The translations under genes were made by a program, and so were the position numbers. A stretch of DNA of 64,000 nucleotides from a virus (Duplodnaviria > Caudoviricetes). Below the pieces are notes generated by a model. That model ran no database searches, was not told the DNA's origin, and was given only the letters and a program-made list of their open reading frames with translations. Where the stretch lies: the IMG/VR virus record IMGVR_UViG_3300032327_000792; one strand, written 5' to 3'. Below, piece by piece: positions 1 to 10,700 of this stretch (position 1 is its first letter; the number at the start of each line of letters is the position of its first letter).

Positions 1-1491
1 ACCTATCCTGATAACTACAGCATTGAGTTTGTAAACGCCAGTCTTGAACAGGCCCTAATCAAAAACAAAGGATCCACTGACAAGAGCAAGGTTTCAAATT
101 CGACCAGTCAGAATGCAGCCAACAAAAAACTTGGCACCAAACAAAGTGTTGACAACAACAGCAAAATTGCCACAATCACAGCAGGTAGTCAAATAGTACA
201 GGTAATTGACCAAGTGGTTAGAAATTCCAGTTATCTTGAAGATCAACAAATTGTGATCTTTGATCCCAACTCACAAAAAGAAAAACCCAACGGTGCTGCT
301 GCTAGTAACTTGGCCTATTTCAAGATTGGACTACAGGCCACACCAACCAAGTACGATCCTTTACGCAATGACTATGCCTACGATATCAAATACTCAGTAA
401 ACATCTATAGAATCAATGAATCCGGCAGTAATTATTTTTATGTACCCACATTCAAAGGCGTACACAAACAATACAATTATTGGTTCACAGGAGAAAATAA
501 TTCTGTTCTAAGCTATGAACAGACCATGAATACCCTGTATACCAGTGTGCTCAGCGGCGGATCCAGTAATCCTGCAACTATAATCAACGATGCAATGAAA
601 TTTAACTTTGATCCTCGCAGTAATCAAAGTAGTCAAGGTGCCGATGGCAAAGTCAACGAAACCAAAGCCAACTTGGCAGACTATTTGTTCAATCCTGGAG
701 ATCTAGCAAATGCTACTTTGACTATAGTAGGAGATCCTGCATGGCTACAACAAGGTGAAGCATTTGCTGGGATTAGAAAAAATGATCCATTTTATTTTAG
801 AAGTTTCTTGGCCGACGGAACCATCAACTTTGACAGTCAACAAATTTGTTTTGAAATATTAATTAATTCTCCGCGAGACTACAATCTTTCAACTGGATTG
901 ATTGATCCAAACGAGCAGACAACCTATTTCTTAAATGGTCGACAACCGGGTGCTGCAAGACAAAGTTATGTGTATCGTGCCAATGAGTGCATCAGCGAAT
1001 TCAATCGAGGCAAATTTACCCAAACACTCAAAGGAACGCTGAACACCTATTATCCAGATCAAACATTCAAAGCCAACCAGTCTATTGCCGCAGGTATACA
1101 ACAAGACACTATTAACTCATTGCTTCAGCAAGCAGCCAGATCCGGATTGTCTGGATCATTTGGTTCGCTAGTGGGAGCATTGTCAACACCGGCCTTTTTG
1201 AATAACCTAGCAGGAACTGGGCTAACTAATCTTGCAGTGAACACTGGATTGAATCTTGTAAGTGGTGCGGTAAACAACATACTTGGCAGTTCTCCCACTA
1301 GACCATCCTCGGTGGCTACAGCACCAACATCGTCGGGCTTACCTGTAGGTACTACCGCAACATTGGTAGTACCAGAATCACAAATTAATCGTGCAGTTGA
1401 TCTTGGGCCAGCACCTCCGCAAACATTGGCAGCAGGCGATGATGCCGGAACAGAAACCAATGGTCCAGAACTGCTCAATAGAGAAACATAA
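1..1491 (+). CDS. Probable tail/baseplate hub-type structural protein, 5'-truncated by the window edge
   Basis: Frame 1 is open from base 1 (TYPDNYSIEF...) into the track ORF at 214. It lies directly upstream of the gp5-like gene and has a 'LTIVGDPAWLQQ' segment and a C-terminal 'FTQTLKG' strand suggestive of hub proteins. Function inferred mainly from position. Confidence 0.55.
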   Translation, partial: TYPDNYSIEFVNASLEQALIKNKGSTDKSKVSNSTSQNAANKKLGTKQSVDNNSKIATITAGSQIVQVIDQVVRNSSYLEDQQIVIFDPNSQKEKPNGAAASNLAYFKIGLQATPTKYDPLRNDYAYDIKYSVNIYRINESGSNYFYVPTFKGVHKQYNYWFTGENNSVLSYEQTMNTLYTSVLSGGSSNPATIINDAMKFNFDPRSNQSSQGADGKVNETKANLADYLFNPGDLANATLTIVGDPAWLQQGEAFAGIRKNDPFYFRSFLADGTINFDSQQICFEILINSPRDYNLSTGLIDPNEQTTYFLNGRQPGAARQSYVYRANECISEFNRGKFTQTLKGTLNTYYPDQTFKANQSIAAGIQQDTINSLLQQAARSGLSGSFGSLVGALSTPAFLNNLAGTGLTNLAVNTGLNLVSGAVNNILGSSPTRPSSVATAPTSSGLPVGTTATLVVPESQINRAVDLGPAPPQTLAAGDDAGTETNGPELLNRET

Positions 1492-1505
1492 TTTTAGGAT
1501 AGGCA

Positions 1506-3152
1506 ATGGCAGAAAATACACAACGCAGTAGAGGACGTCCCGGAAATTATAAATTTGATCGCGGCGGCGCACCTGCGGAGATGGGTCCATATGTGGGCAT
1601 TGTGACCAACAACGTTGATGTTGTGAGAGCTGGCCGTCTACAGGTATACATTGAGGAATTTGGTGCTACCAATTCCGACGGCAGTCCCAATTTAACTGAT
1701 CCAACGCTGTGGCGAACTGTGAGTTATTGTCCGCCCTTTTATGGAGCAACACCAATCAATGTAGGCAGTACCAGCGCCGGTGTAGGAACATATCCTGGTA
1801 ACAGAAACAGTTATGGCATGTGGTTTACTCCACCAGATCTGGGGGTACGTGTTGTTTGTTTTTTCATCGGCGGTGATCCCAGTCAAGGAATATATGTAGG
1901 TTGTCTTCCGGAAACAGGCATCAATCACATGATTCCGGCCATTGGATCCAGTAACAAATATGTTGCCGGAAACAAAACACAGCAAAATTATTTTGTTAAT
2001 ACACCATTGTTGCCAGTGACAGAGATCAACCAACTCAATGAAGCAATCAACGAAAATCCTAGATTTTACGATCAGCCAAAACCTGTGCAAAGTGTAGTGG
2101 CTGGCATATTATTTCAACAAGGATTGAACAACGATCCCATACGCGGACCAATACGATCAAACAGTCAACGAGAATCTCCAAGCACAGTTTACGGAATATC
2201 AACACCGGGCAAAGCAATTTACCAAGGCGGTCTTGATCCTAAAACCATTCGTGCAAAATTAGAAAAAGGCGAAGTAACACCTCAGGAGATAGCAGTAATT
2301 GGACGCATGGGCGGCCACACTTTTGTCATGGATGATGGCGACCTCAGTGGCACAGATACTCTGGTACGAATACGCACGGCTAAAGGTCATCAAATCACCA
2401 TGAGTGATGACGGAGATTGTTTTTACATCACTCATGCCAATGGTCAAACCTGGATGGAGTTTGGCAAACAGGGCACTGTGGATGTTTTCAGCACCAATTC
2501 AATTAACTTACGTACAAAGGGCACACTGAATTTGCACGCTGACAAAAATATCAATATGTACGCGGGCGGCACAATAAAAATCAAAGCTCAAGAAAAAATG
2601 TTTTTAGAAAGTGGTAAAACCATGGTTGTGAGTTCCTTGGACAAACTGGTGTTGTCTAGTACAAAGTTTTTGGGCATACGCTCAGACGGCACACTGGGAA
2701 TCAAAAGCAAAATGGGTGGCTGGGAGGCCACTTCGGCATTGAATTTCAAAGCTAAAGTAATCAATTTAAATGGAGCGCCGACTCCGCCTGTGCCAGAAAT
2801 TCCACCACTGCCAAACTACAAACTATCAGACACAAAATTTGATTCAACCACAGGCTGGACAGTGACTCCAGGAACTTTAGAAACCATTGTAACTAGAGCA
2901 CCTACTCACGAACCCTATCCATATCACAGCAAAGGTGTCAACAACAAAACGGATTTGAATTCAACACCGACCGTTCAAGATCCAACACCATCTTCTACTG
3001 TGGCAACAACAAATACCACACAATCTAATTTACAGACCCGGGCAGCAAATGCAGCAGCCACTGTGTTAAGAGCACCACTGGAGGACCCAATTGATGCCGA
3101 AGATTATATTTCAGAACCGCCGGCAGACATAGGAATTGGAGAAGATCAATGA
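1506..3152 (+). CDS. gp5/VgrG-like baseplate spike protein (OB-fold plus beta-helix repeats)
   Basis: N-terminal 'GPYVGIVTNNVD...GRLQVYI' and 'WFTPPDLGVRVVCFF' OB-fold pattern; 'RESPSTVYGISTPG'; 'GGHTFVMDDG...RIRTAKGHQITMSD' repeats typical of gp5 C-terminal beta-helices. Confidence 0.85.
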   Translation: MAENTQRSRGRPGNYKFDRGGAPAEMGPYVGIVTNNVDVVRAGRLQVYIEEFGATNSDGSPNLTDPTLWRTVSYCPPFYGATPINVGSTSAGVGTYPGNRNSYGMWFTPPDLGVRVVCFFIGGDPSQGIYVGCLPETGINHMIPAIGSSNKYVAGNKTQQNYFVNTPLLPVTEINQLNEAINENPRFYDQPKPVQSVVAGILFQQGLNNDPIRGPIRSNSQRESPSTVYGISTPGKAIYQGGLDPKTIRAKLEKGEVTPQEIAVIGRMGGHTFVMDDGDLSGTDTLVRIRTAKGHQITMSDDGDCFYITHANGQTWMEFGKQGTVDVFSTNSINLRTKGTLNLHADKNINMYAGGTIKIKAQEKMFLESGKTMVVSSLDKLVLSSTKFLGIRSDGTLGIKSKMGGWEATSALNFKAKVINLNGAPTPPVPEIPPLPNYKLSDTKFDSTTGWTVTPGTLETIVTRAPTHEPYPYHSKGVNNKTDLNSTPTVQDPTPSSTVATTNTTQSNLQTRAANAAATVLRAPLEDPIDAEDYISEPPADIGIGEDQ

Positions 3153-3925
3153 TTTCATCTGAACAAGTAACTGCGTTGACTGCACAAGCAGCCAATGCTG
3201 CCTATGTAAATCCCTATGACAATGACGGAAATTTATTGGTTGATTGGCAATTAAATGACAGTGGCAATCCTGTGTATCTTGGAACTGAGATATCGACTCG
3301 AGGAGTTGGTGTCTATGGACAAACACCGGCTGGATTAACACTCACTGGATATCTCAAACCCGGAACCATAAATTTGATTACCGAACCATCACTGACACTG
3401 GCAGTGTTAAACACCCCAGCAGTATGGACTGGACAAAACGGTATCACTAGCTTGCTTGATTATCTCAATGAGCCAATACTTCAAAATCTTGCACAGATTG
3501 ATATAATGACCGGAGCCTTTCAGGGGTTGATTGATGCTGGTATTTTGACAGGTAGAGAATCAGCAAAATTTCAAGCAACTTTTGTGCAACCGGCCGCCAG
3601 ATATGGAGTAACTGCGGTAGTGAGCTGGGTAAATGATACTGCCAGTACTGATCTTGTAAACAATATCTTAATAATAGCACGACAGGCACAGTACGCTATA
3701 GATTTTGTGGACACTTATTCAGCATTGCTAAATGTTGGAATAGGTATTTCAGGATTTGAAAACACAGTGGATCGTCAAGATCTTGACCAAGCAGTGACAG
3801 ATATCATTGGTAACCCTAAAGTTCCTTCAATTGACTATGCTGATGCAAACACAATTGCTGCCGTACCCCCAATCGCCGATGAAGACGGTGTATTCCGTTT
3901 TGCTCCAGGTAAACCAAAGGATTAA
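3149..3925 (+). CDS. Hypothetical baseplate-associated protein
   Basis: 258-aa ORF, ATGA-coupled to the gp5-like gene and followed by the gp25-like gene. Confidence 0.6.
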   Translation: MISSEQVTALTAQAANAAYVNPYDNDGNLLVDWQLNDSGNPVYLGTEISTRGVGVYGQTPAGLTLTGYLKPGTINLITEPSLTLAVLNTPAVWTGQNGITSLLDYLNEPILQNLAQIDIMTGAFQGLIDAGILTGRESAKFQATFVQPAARYGVTAVVSWVNDTASTDLVNNILIIARQAQYAIDFVDTYSALLNVGIGISGFENTVDRQDLDQAVTDIIGNPKVPSIDYADANTIAAVPPIADEDGVFRFAPGKPKD

Positions 3926-3928
3926 ATA
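3923..3928 (+). promoter_or_regulatory. T4-late-like TAAATA box overlapping a stop codon
   Basis: TAAATA ends 7 nt before the gp25-like ATG; the same hexamer precedes several other structural genes. Confidence 0.5.
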
Positions 3929-3935
3929 CTAGACT

Positions 3936-4310
3936 ATGGCCACATTCATTGGATTCAACACACAAGATCAGTTTAAAAAATTTACCCTGGTGGATGATGC
4001 ACTGATCAAGCGCGACTTGCTAAATGCACTAAACATACGTCAAGGGCAACTGGTGGGACGCCCTGGGTATGGCACAGCACTTTGGGACAATTTGTTTGAA
4101 AATCAAACCAACGAAACCGAAGCAGCAATCACTAGAGAAATACAACGTGTTGCAGGTGGAGATCCTCGGTTGCAAATCTCCAGTGTGGACATATTTCCCC
4201 AGGAAAACGGCATGCTAATACAGTTGGAATTAACCATTGTGCCCAGCACCGATGCTGAACGTTTGAGCATATTTTTTGATCAACAAACACGCCAAGCCAG
4301 TTATATTTGA
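3936..4310 (+). CDS. gp25-like baseplate wedge subunit (GPW/gp25 family)
   Basis: 124 aa; 'LIKRDLLNALNIRQGQLVGRPGYGTALWDNLFE...DPRLQI' matches the gp25 pattern; sits between gp5-like and gp6-like genes. Confidence 0.88.
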   Translation: MATFIGFNTQDQFKKFTLVDDALIKRDLLNALNIRQGQLVGRPGYGTALWDNLFENQTNETEAAITREIQRVAGGDPRLQISSVDIFPQENGMLIQLELTIVPSTDAERLSIFFDQQTRQASYI

Positions 4311-4340
4311 CATCTTAAACTGAGCCGTTTTTCACTGCCA

Positions 4341-4346
4341 TAAATA
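4341..4346 (+). promoter_or_regulatory. T4-late-like TAAATA box
   Basis: CATAAATATAAGACCATG upstream of the 1143-aa wedge gene. Confidence 0.55.
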
Positions 4347-4353
4347 TAAGACC

Positions 4354-7300
4354 ATGGCAAAGACTACTAGACAGACAGCAATATTTGGCGTTGAAGATTG
4401 GAAAAGAATCTATCAAACCTATCGTGAAGCAGACTTCCAAAGCTACGATTTTGAAACTCTACGCAAGAGTTTTGTAGACTACTTACGTCTTTACTACCCC
4501 GAAACATTCAATGACTACATTGAATCATCAGAATTTATTGCCATGCTTGACGTTATGGCTTTTATGGGCCAAAGTTTGGCCTTCCGTACAGATTTAAACA
4601 CACGTGAAAACTACATTGACACAGCTGAACGTAGAGATTCGGTAGTACGTCTTGCCAATCTAGTAAGCTATACTCCAAAGCGCAATATTTGCTCATCAGG
4701 ATACTTAAAAATATTCAGTGTACAAACCACAGAAAATGTCACAGATTTCAACGGTATTGATTTGGCCAATGTAACCATAAACTGGGCAGATCCTACAAAT
4801 TTTAATTGGCAAGAACAGTTCACTGCAATTATCAATGCTAGTTTGGTTGATAGTCAACGTATTGGTCGTCCTGGCAATCGTACTACTATTTTAGGAGTAG
4901 ATACCAACGAGTACAGTATCAATCTTGTTCCTGGATTCCTACCAGTAATACCTTATAACTCTACCATTGATGGTATCAACATGCCATTCGAAGCTGTAAA
5001 TGCCAGCACCATTGGTCGAGACTATGTGTACGAACCAAGTCCACGACCCAACGGCATATTCAACATGCTGTTCCGCAACGATCAGTTGGGATTTAACTCG
5101 GCCAACACAGGTTACTTCTTTTTGTTCAAGCAAGGGGTGTTGCAAAATCAAGATTTTAATTTGGCTGACCGTGTGAGTAACCGAGCAGTGAACATCAATA
5201 TTGAAGGCGTCAATAACGATGACCGTTGGTTGTATCAACTTGATAATGTGGGCTCAATTGCCAGCGAGTGGAATTTTGTTGAAAGTGTATACGGCGCGGC
5301 CGCTGAGCAGACTGCTCCAAATTTACGCAAACTTTTTTCTGTGTCATCTCGCACCAACGATCAAATTACATTGAACTTTGGCGATGGTGTGTTTTCTGAA
5401 ATTCCAGTGGGACAGTTTCGTGCATATGTGCGTGCATCCAACGGGTTGGAATACATTATCAACCCAGAAGAAATGCAATCAGTGGTATTGCCAATTAGCT
5501 ATGTAAGTCGAACAGGACAACTCGAAACAATTACATTTACCTGTGGAATTTCTACACCTGTGTCAAACGCCACGGCGCGAGAAAGCATTGACGAAATCAA
5601 ACAACGTGCTCCTGCCAGATATTACACACAAAATCGTATGGTCAACGGGGAAGATTACAATAACTTCCCCTTCACAGCCTACAATTCAATTTTAAAATCC
5701 AAAGCATTGAATCGTGCCTCAATTGGCACCAGTCGTTACCTTGAATTGGTTGACAACACTGGCAAGTACGCCAGCACAAATGTGTTTGGCAGTGACGGTG
5801 CGCTGTATGAATCTTTTAACTTGCCTAGTTTTCAGTTTAGCTTCTTGACCAACAATGAAATTTCCAGTGTAATTACCAACCGGGTTCAACCCTTGCTGAC
5901 ACAAAGTCAAAGCATACAATTTTATTATTCTAAATTTCCTCGTCCTTCATTGATACCGTTGAATGTGGGATGGAATCTAAGTACCAGTTTGGCCAATTCA
6001 ACCACAGGTTACTTTACCAATGCTACCGATGCCGCAGTACCAATTGGTCCATACACCAGCGATAACAAAAAGTATATTGTGATTGGAAGTTTAGTCAAAT
6101 TTGTTCCACCTGCCGGATATTATTTTGATTCCAACAATAGACTTAAAGCAGGCACTCCTACCCGAGCTGACGAGAAGTTGGTTCTATGGGCAAGCCCAAT
6201 TGCAGTGGTATTAGATGGTACCAACAACGGACTAGGCAATTTACCCGATGGGTCTGGACCAGTGGCATTAAACAACTACATACCAACAGGTGCTGTGGCC
6301 ACAGAAGTAATTCCAATTTTTGTTACAGATTTACCAACCACATTTGAGCAGAGTATGGCTGAACAGATTCGATTGAATCGTGACTTTGGTATAGGTTATG
6401 ACAGTATTGGGAGTATTACAGGCACTGCTGGAACATGGTACTTGATTACCAGTACTAACTTGGCAATCAATGCATCATGGAGTCAGACTTTTGCAGGCAG
6501 TACAGCCGGTACAAATCTTGATGCTAGCTGGTTTGTGCAATTTGTCACTGATGGTAGCACATACACAGTGAGTTCTCGAGCCCTGGATTATTATTTTGGT
6601 AGTGTGTTACAAACTAGATTCTTCTACTACGGGGATCAACTGATCTACGACAGTCGTACAGGCACTGTGATCAGCGACTTCGTCAATGTGTTAAAAACAA
6701 ATTCAAGACCAGATTCAGCATTACCGCTGTCTGGTGACACACGCCTTAAAATTGTTGGTCAGCCAGTACAAAGCGATGGATTTGTAGACGACTTTCAAGT
6801 GTTGGTATCGTTTAGCGATGCTGACAGCGACGGTATTCCTGACAATCCAGATTTCTTTGATGAAATTGTGGCACCAACTGCAACTGTTACTTCTACATCG
6901 CCTTGGGTGTTTTTACAAAAAACCGTGGACTTTGACAATCTTGAAAGATATCTTTTGGTCGAACAAGGCATTGTAAATTCTGAATATGCAACACTAGATG
7001 ATATTGAATTGGTCAAAACAGAATATGTTGACGGTCAAGTCTTTTATGCGTACTCCAGTGAAATATTCTATACCCTGGTTATTGACACAACTACTTTTGT
7101 AAGAACGTTGGTAGTAAACAATGAATTTATTGCTAGAACTGGCCGACAAGATCTGTATTTTCAATACAGACACAACAGTCCATTGACCAGTCGTATTGAT
7201 CCTGGCACAACCAACATCATTGATCTCTATGTAGTGACCAACGAGTACTATGTTGCTTATCAGAATTATATTCGAGACGTTACTGGAACAGTTCCAGAAC

Positions 7301-7785
7301 CAACACCTCCGACCATTGATAGTTTAACAACAACCTATGGTGGCCTACAAGATTACAAAATGATTTCTGACAGTGTAATTTTAAATTCGGTTGAGTTCAA
7401 ACCTTTGTTTGGAGAAAAGGCCACAGAAGAATTGCGAGCAACAATCAAAGTAATCAAAGCAGCAAACAGCACTGCCAGCGTGAGTGAAATCAAAAATCTC
7501 ATAGTGCAAAACTTAAACAATTACTTTACACTGGACAAATGGGATTTTGGCGACACGTTCTACTTCTCAGAATTAGCAGCTTATCTCCATGCCGAAATGA
7601 GAGGCATAATTAGTAGTGTGGTCCTAGTTCCTTTGAACCCCCAAAAGAGTTTTGGCGACCTATATGAAATTAGGTCAACACCAAGTCAGATATTTGTAAA
7701 TGCCGCCAATGTCAACAACATTGAGGTTATTGAAGCCTTGACCAGCACCAACATTAGGACAGCACCAGGAAGTGGAGTAATTTAA
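4354..7785 (+). CDS. gp6-like baseplate wedge protein
   Basis: 'ADFQSYDFETLRKSFVDYLR...YPETFNDYIESSEF...ENYIDTAERRDSVVRLANLVSY', 'FGDGVF', 'ESIDEIKQRAP...QNRMVNGEDY' are gp6/baseplate J-like motifs. Confidence 0.88.
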   Translation: MAKTTRQTAIFGVEDWKRIYQTYREADFQSYDFETLRKSFVDYLRLYYPETFNDYIESSEFIAMLDVMAFMGQSLAFRTDLNTRENYIDTAERRDSVVRLANLVSYTPKRNICSSGYLKIFSVQTTENVTDFNGIDLANVTINWADPTNFNWQEQFTAIINASLVDSQRIGRPGNRTTILGVDTNEYSINLVPGFLPVIPYNSTIDGINMPFEAVNASTIGRDYVYEPSPRPNGIFNMLFRNDQLGFNSANTGYFFLFKQGVLQNQDFNLADRVSNRAVNINIEGVNNDDRWLYQLDNVGSIASEWNFVESVYGAAAEQTAPNLRKLFSVSSRTNDQITLNFGDGVFSEIPVGQFRAYVRASNGLEYIINPEEMQSVVLPISYVSRTGQLETITFTCGISTPVSNATARESIDEIKQRAPARYYTQNRMVNGEDYNNFPFTAYNSILKSKALNRASIGTSRYLELVDNTGKYASTNVFGSDGALYESFNLPSFQFSFLTNNEISSVITNRVQPLLTQSQSIQFYYSKFPRPSLIPLNVGWNLSTSLANSTTGYFTNATDAAVPIGPYTSDNKKYIVIGSLVKFVPPAGYYFDSNNRLKAGTPTRADEKLVLWASPIAVVLDGTNNGLGNLPDGSGPVALNNYIPTGAVATEVIPIFVTDLPTTFEQSMAEQIRLNRDFGIGYDSIGSITGTAGTWYLITSTNLAINASWSQTFAGSTAGTNLDASWFVQFVTDGSTYTVSSRALDYYFGSVLQTRFFYYGDQLIYDSRTGTVISDFVNVLKTNSRPDSALPLSGDTRLKIVGQPVQSDGFVDDFQVLVSFSDADSDGIPDNPDFFDEIVAPTATVTSTSPWVFLQKTVDFDNLERYLLVEQGIVNSEYATLDDIELVKTEYVDGQVFYAYSSEIFYTLVIDTTTFVRTLVVNNEFIARTGRQDLYFQYRHNSPLTSRIDPGTTNIIDLYVVTNEYYVAYQNYIRDVTGTVPEPTPPTIDSLTTTYGGLQDYKMISDSVILNSVEFKPLFGEKATEELRATIKVIKAANSTASVSEIKNLIVQNLNNYFTLDKWDFGDTFYFSELAAYLHAEMRGIISSVVLVPLNPQKSFGDLYEIRSTPSQIFVNAANVNNIEVIEALTSTNIRTAPGSGVI

Positions 7786-7786
7786 T

Positions 7787-10700
7787 ATGGCAAGAGTTCG
7801 AACCGTAGATTTTTTACCAGAGATTTTTCAAACCTCTACCAATCGACAGTTTCTTGGCGCCACACTTGATCAATTGGTACAAGAACCTAAGTTCAAAAGC
7901 ATTCAGGGATTTGTGGGACGTAAAGTTGGCCCAGGTATAAATTCTCAAGAAAACTATATCGCAGAACCAACAGCAGTTCGCGCCAACTATCAGCTAGAAC
8001 CTGGTGTGGTTTTTTTAAGTGAAGATCGACAAACAGTTGAAGATGCCGTCACCTATCCTGGTATAACAGATGCTCTAACGGTTCAAGGTGCTATCACCAA
8101 TAATGCAGATAGATTATACACCAGTGACTATTATACCTGGGACCCATTTGTTGATTTTGACAAATTTGTAAACTTCAATCAATACTATTGGTTACCAGCT
8201 GGTCCTGATTCGGTTGACGTATTTGCTGAAGCTGTGGCAACCACTGATGATTTTGATGTGACTCGCGCCAATGGTGTTTATACATTCAGTGGAGTGGCCG
8301 GAGAGAATCCTGTGTTAACTCTAGTACGCGGCGGCAACTACACATTTAATGTAGCACAGAATGCCAAGGAAACTGTTAATTTTCGTGTGACCAATCAAGG
8401 TACCAGTGCCTATGTAATTGATTATCAAAACAACCCAATACTGACATTGACTCGTGGAAATACCTATGTGTTCAACATGATTCTCAATAGAGATTTGCCA
8501 ATGTATATCAAAACTGAGCCAACATTGGGCACAACCAATCAATACAACACTGGCGTCACAAACAACGGCATCAGCGAAGGACTTATAACTTTTGTAGTGC
8601 CACAAGATGCACCCAACACGTTGTATTATGTAAATCCTACACAACCAAACATGCAGGGTCAAATCAACATTGTTGATGGAACCTCGGGCACTGGCCCAGG
8701 ATTTTGGATACAAACCGTTCCTGGTATCAACGGTCGTATTCCTTCAACTCCAAACATCAGTTCAAGAAATGTACTGGGCGTTATCAACAATGGTGAAGAC
8801 CTAGGTACAGTCTCTTTTAATGTACCATTGTCCACAGCACAAAATTTTTATTATACACTAGACACCATTGGTAGTATACCAGGCAAGTCACCCGGCACTG
8901 TTGATTTAATTGTGTCGGATCTCAAGTTCAATGAAATCAACAATCAATACGTGGAGCCATTTTTGAAAAGAACCGGCGGTATTGACGGGTCAACCTCACT
9001 GAATGGCAAAACCATTGTTTTCTTAAATGAAATTACCGATGCACAAGATGGCGGCTGGCAAGTTACTACACAATTTGATCCTTTGCCTAATGCTGGCAAC
9101 GTTGAAAGCGGTGCAGGATCATATGATACCACGCTGTTTGATCAAACAACTGATGTACCAACGGCCCAACGTTATAGTGTTTGGCAGATACAATATGTAA
9201 CCACCAACGACGGATCACAATATATCAAGTTAGTTGATGTACTGTCAGTATCCAATCTGGAAAAATTCACAATCACCAACGGAACACAATATTCCAGCAC
9301 TCAGTGGTACAAAGATGCTGAAGGATATTTTCAACAAATTCCTTTGTTGACTGCGGTACTTGATACACTGTACTATCAAGATGGCACAGATCCTGGTATC
9401 TTTGGTCGAATCAAGCTAATCAATCAAGATCAAGTTGATACACTAGATATCACGGATATTATTGACAAGCAGAACTACACTAGCCCCAATGGTGTGGTAT
9501 TTACAAATGGGTTAAAAGTACAGTTCAATGGATCAGTAAATCCCAGCAGTTATCAAAATCAGGAATATTATGTTGAAGGCGTGGGAACGGCAATTAAATT
9601 GTTGCCTGTTGCTAATTTTGTAACTCCAGAAACATACACACAAAGTGCCACGGTTCCTTACGACAGTACCGGATATGACATAGGTAACTATGATGCCAGT
9701 TTGAATCAGCCGTTGATTCCGGATTACCTCACAATAAATCGTGCCAGCCAAGATCTCAATGCATGGACACGCAGCAATCGTTGGTTCCACATTGATGTGA
9801 TTAATGCCACTGCTGAATACAACAACACCGTTGCAACATTGGACAATAACTTTCGTGCCAAACGCCCAGTGTTGGAATATCGGGCCGGCACAAGATTGTT
9901 TGACTTTGGCACCCAAGGCAAACAGCCAGTAGATATCATTGACTTTGCAGCCACCGATGCTCTCAGTACAATCAATGGCACAACAGGATACAGCACAGAT
10001 GGCTATACATTTATTACCGGCTCCAGAATTATTTTTGCCAATGATTCAGATCCCCAGGTACGAAACAAAATTTATGTAGTGGAATTTATCATTCCTGATT
10101 CTGTGCCTCCGTTGATTGCTCAACCAATTATCAATTTAGTTCCGGCTAGCGATGCCACAGTGCTGGTTGATCAAACCGTGGTTTGTTTGAGCGGAATCAA
10201 ACAACAAGGACTGAGTTTTTACTTTGATGGAGTGGAGTGGCTATCGGCACAAGAAAAAACTCAAACAAATCAGGCACCGTTGTTTGATGTCTATGACCTT
10301 GACGGGGTCAGTTTTAGCAATCGTGCAAAATATCCCAGTACCAATTTTGTAGGCAACAAATTATTTTCCTATGCACAAGTATCAGGAGTCAACGACACAG
10401 TGTTAGGATTTCCTTTGCGCTATCTTAGTTTGGCCAATGTTGGCGATATTGTGTTTGAAAATAATTTATACAATGACACATTTACCTATACCAAAGACAG
10501 CGTAAGCTCTACTGAAAATATCAGTCAAGGACTGGTAAGACAATACAGCAACAGAACTGTGTTTGCAAAAGAAATTGGGTGGCAAACAGCAATTGCCAAA
10601 AGTATAACAAGACAACAATTTAGATTTGTGTATGATGGTCAACCATTGACCATGGACATAGCAGTCAACAATACTTCTCCATTGCCAGCATTGCAAGTAT

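Noticed and set aside
3140-3160. Possible programmed frameshift fusing the gp5-like gene to the next ORF
   Set aside because: The junction is an ordinary ATGA overlap with no slippery heptamer or downstream structure seen.
1506-7785. Interpretation as a bacterial T6SS or extracellular contractile injection system
   Set aside because: No TssJLM, ClpV or eCIS-type genes are visible. The giant virion protein, T4-late-like boxes, phage-style micro-ORFs and tRNA fit a jumbo phage better.
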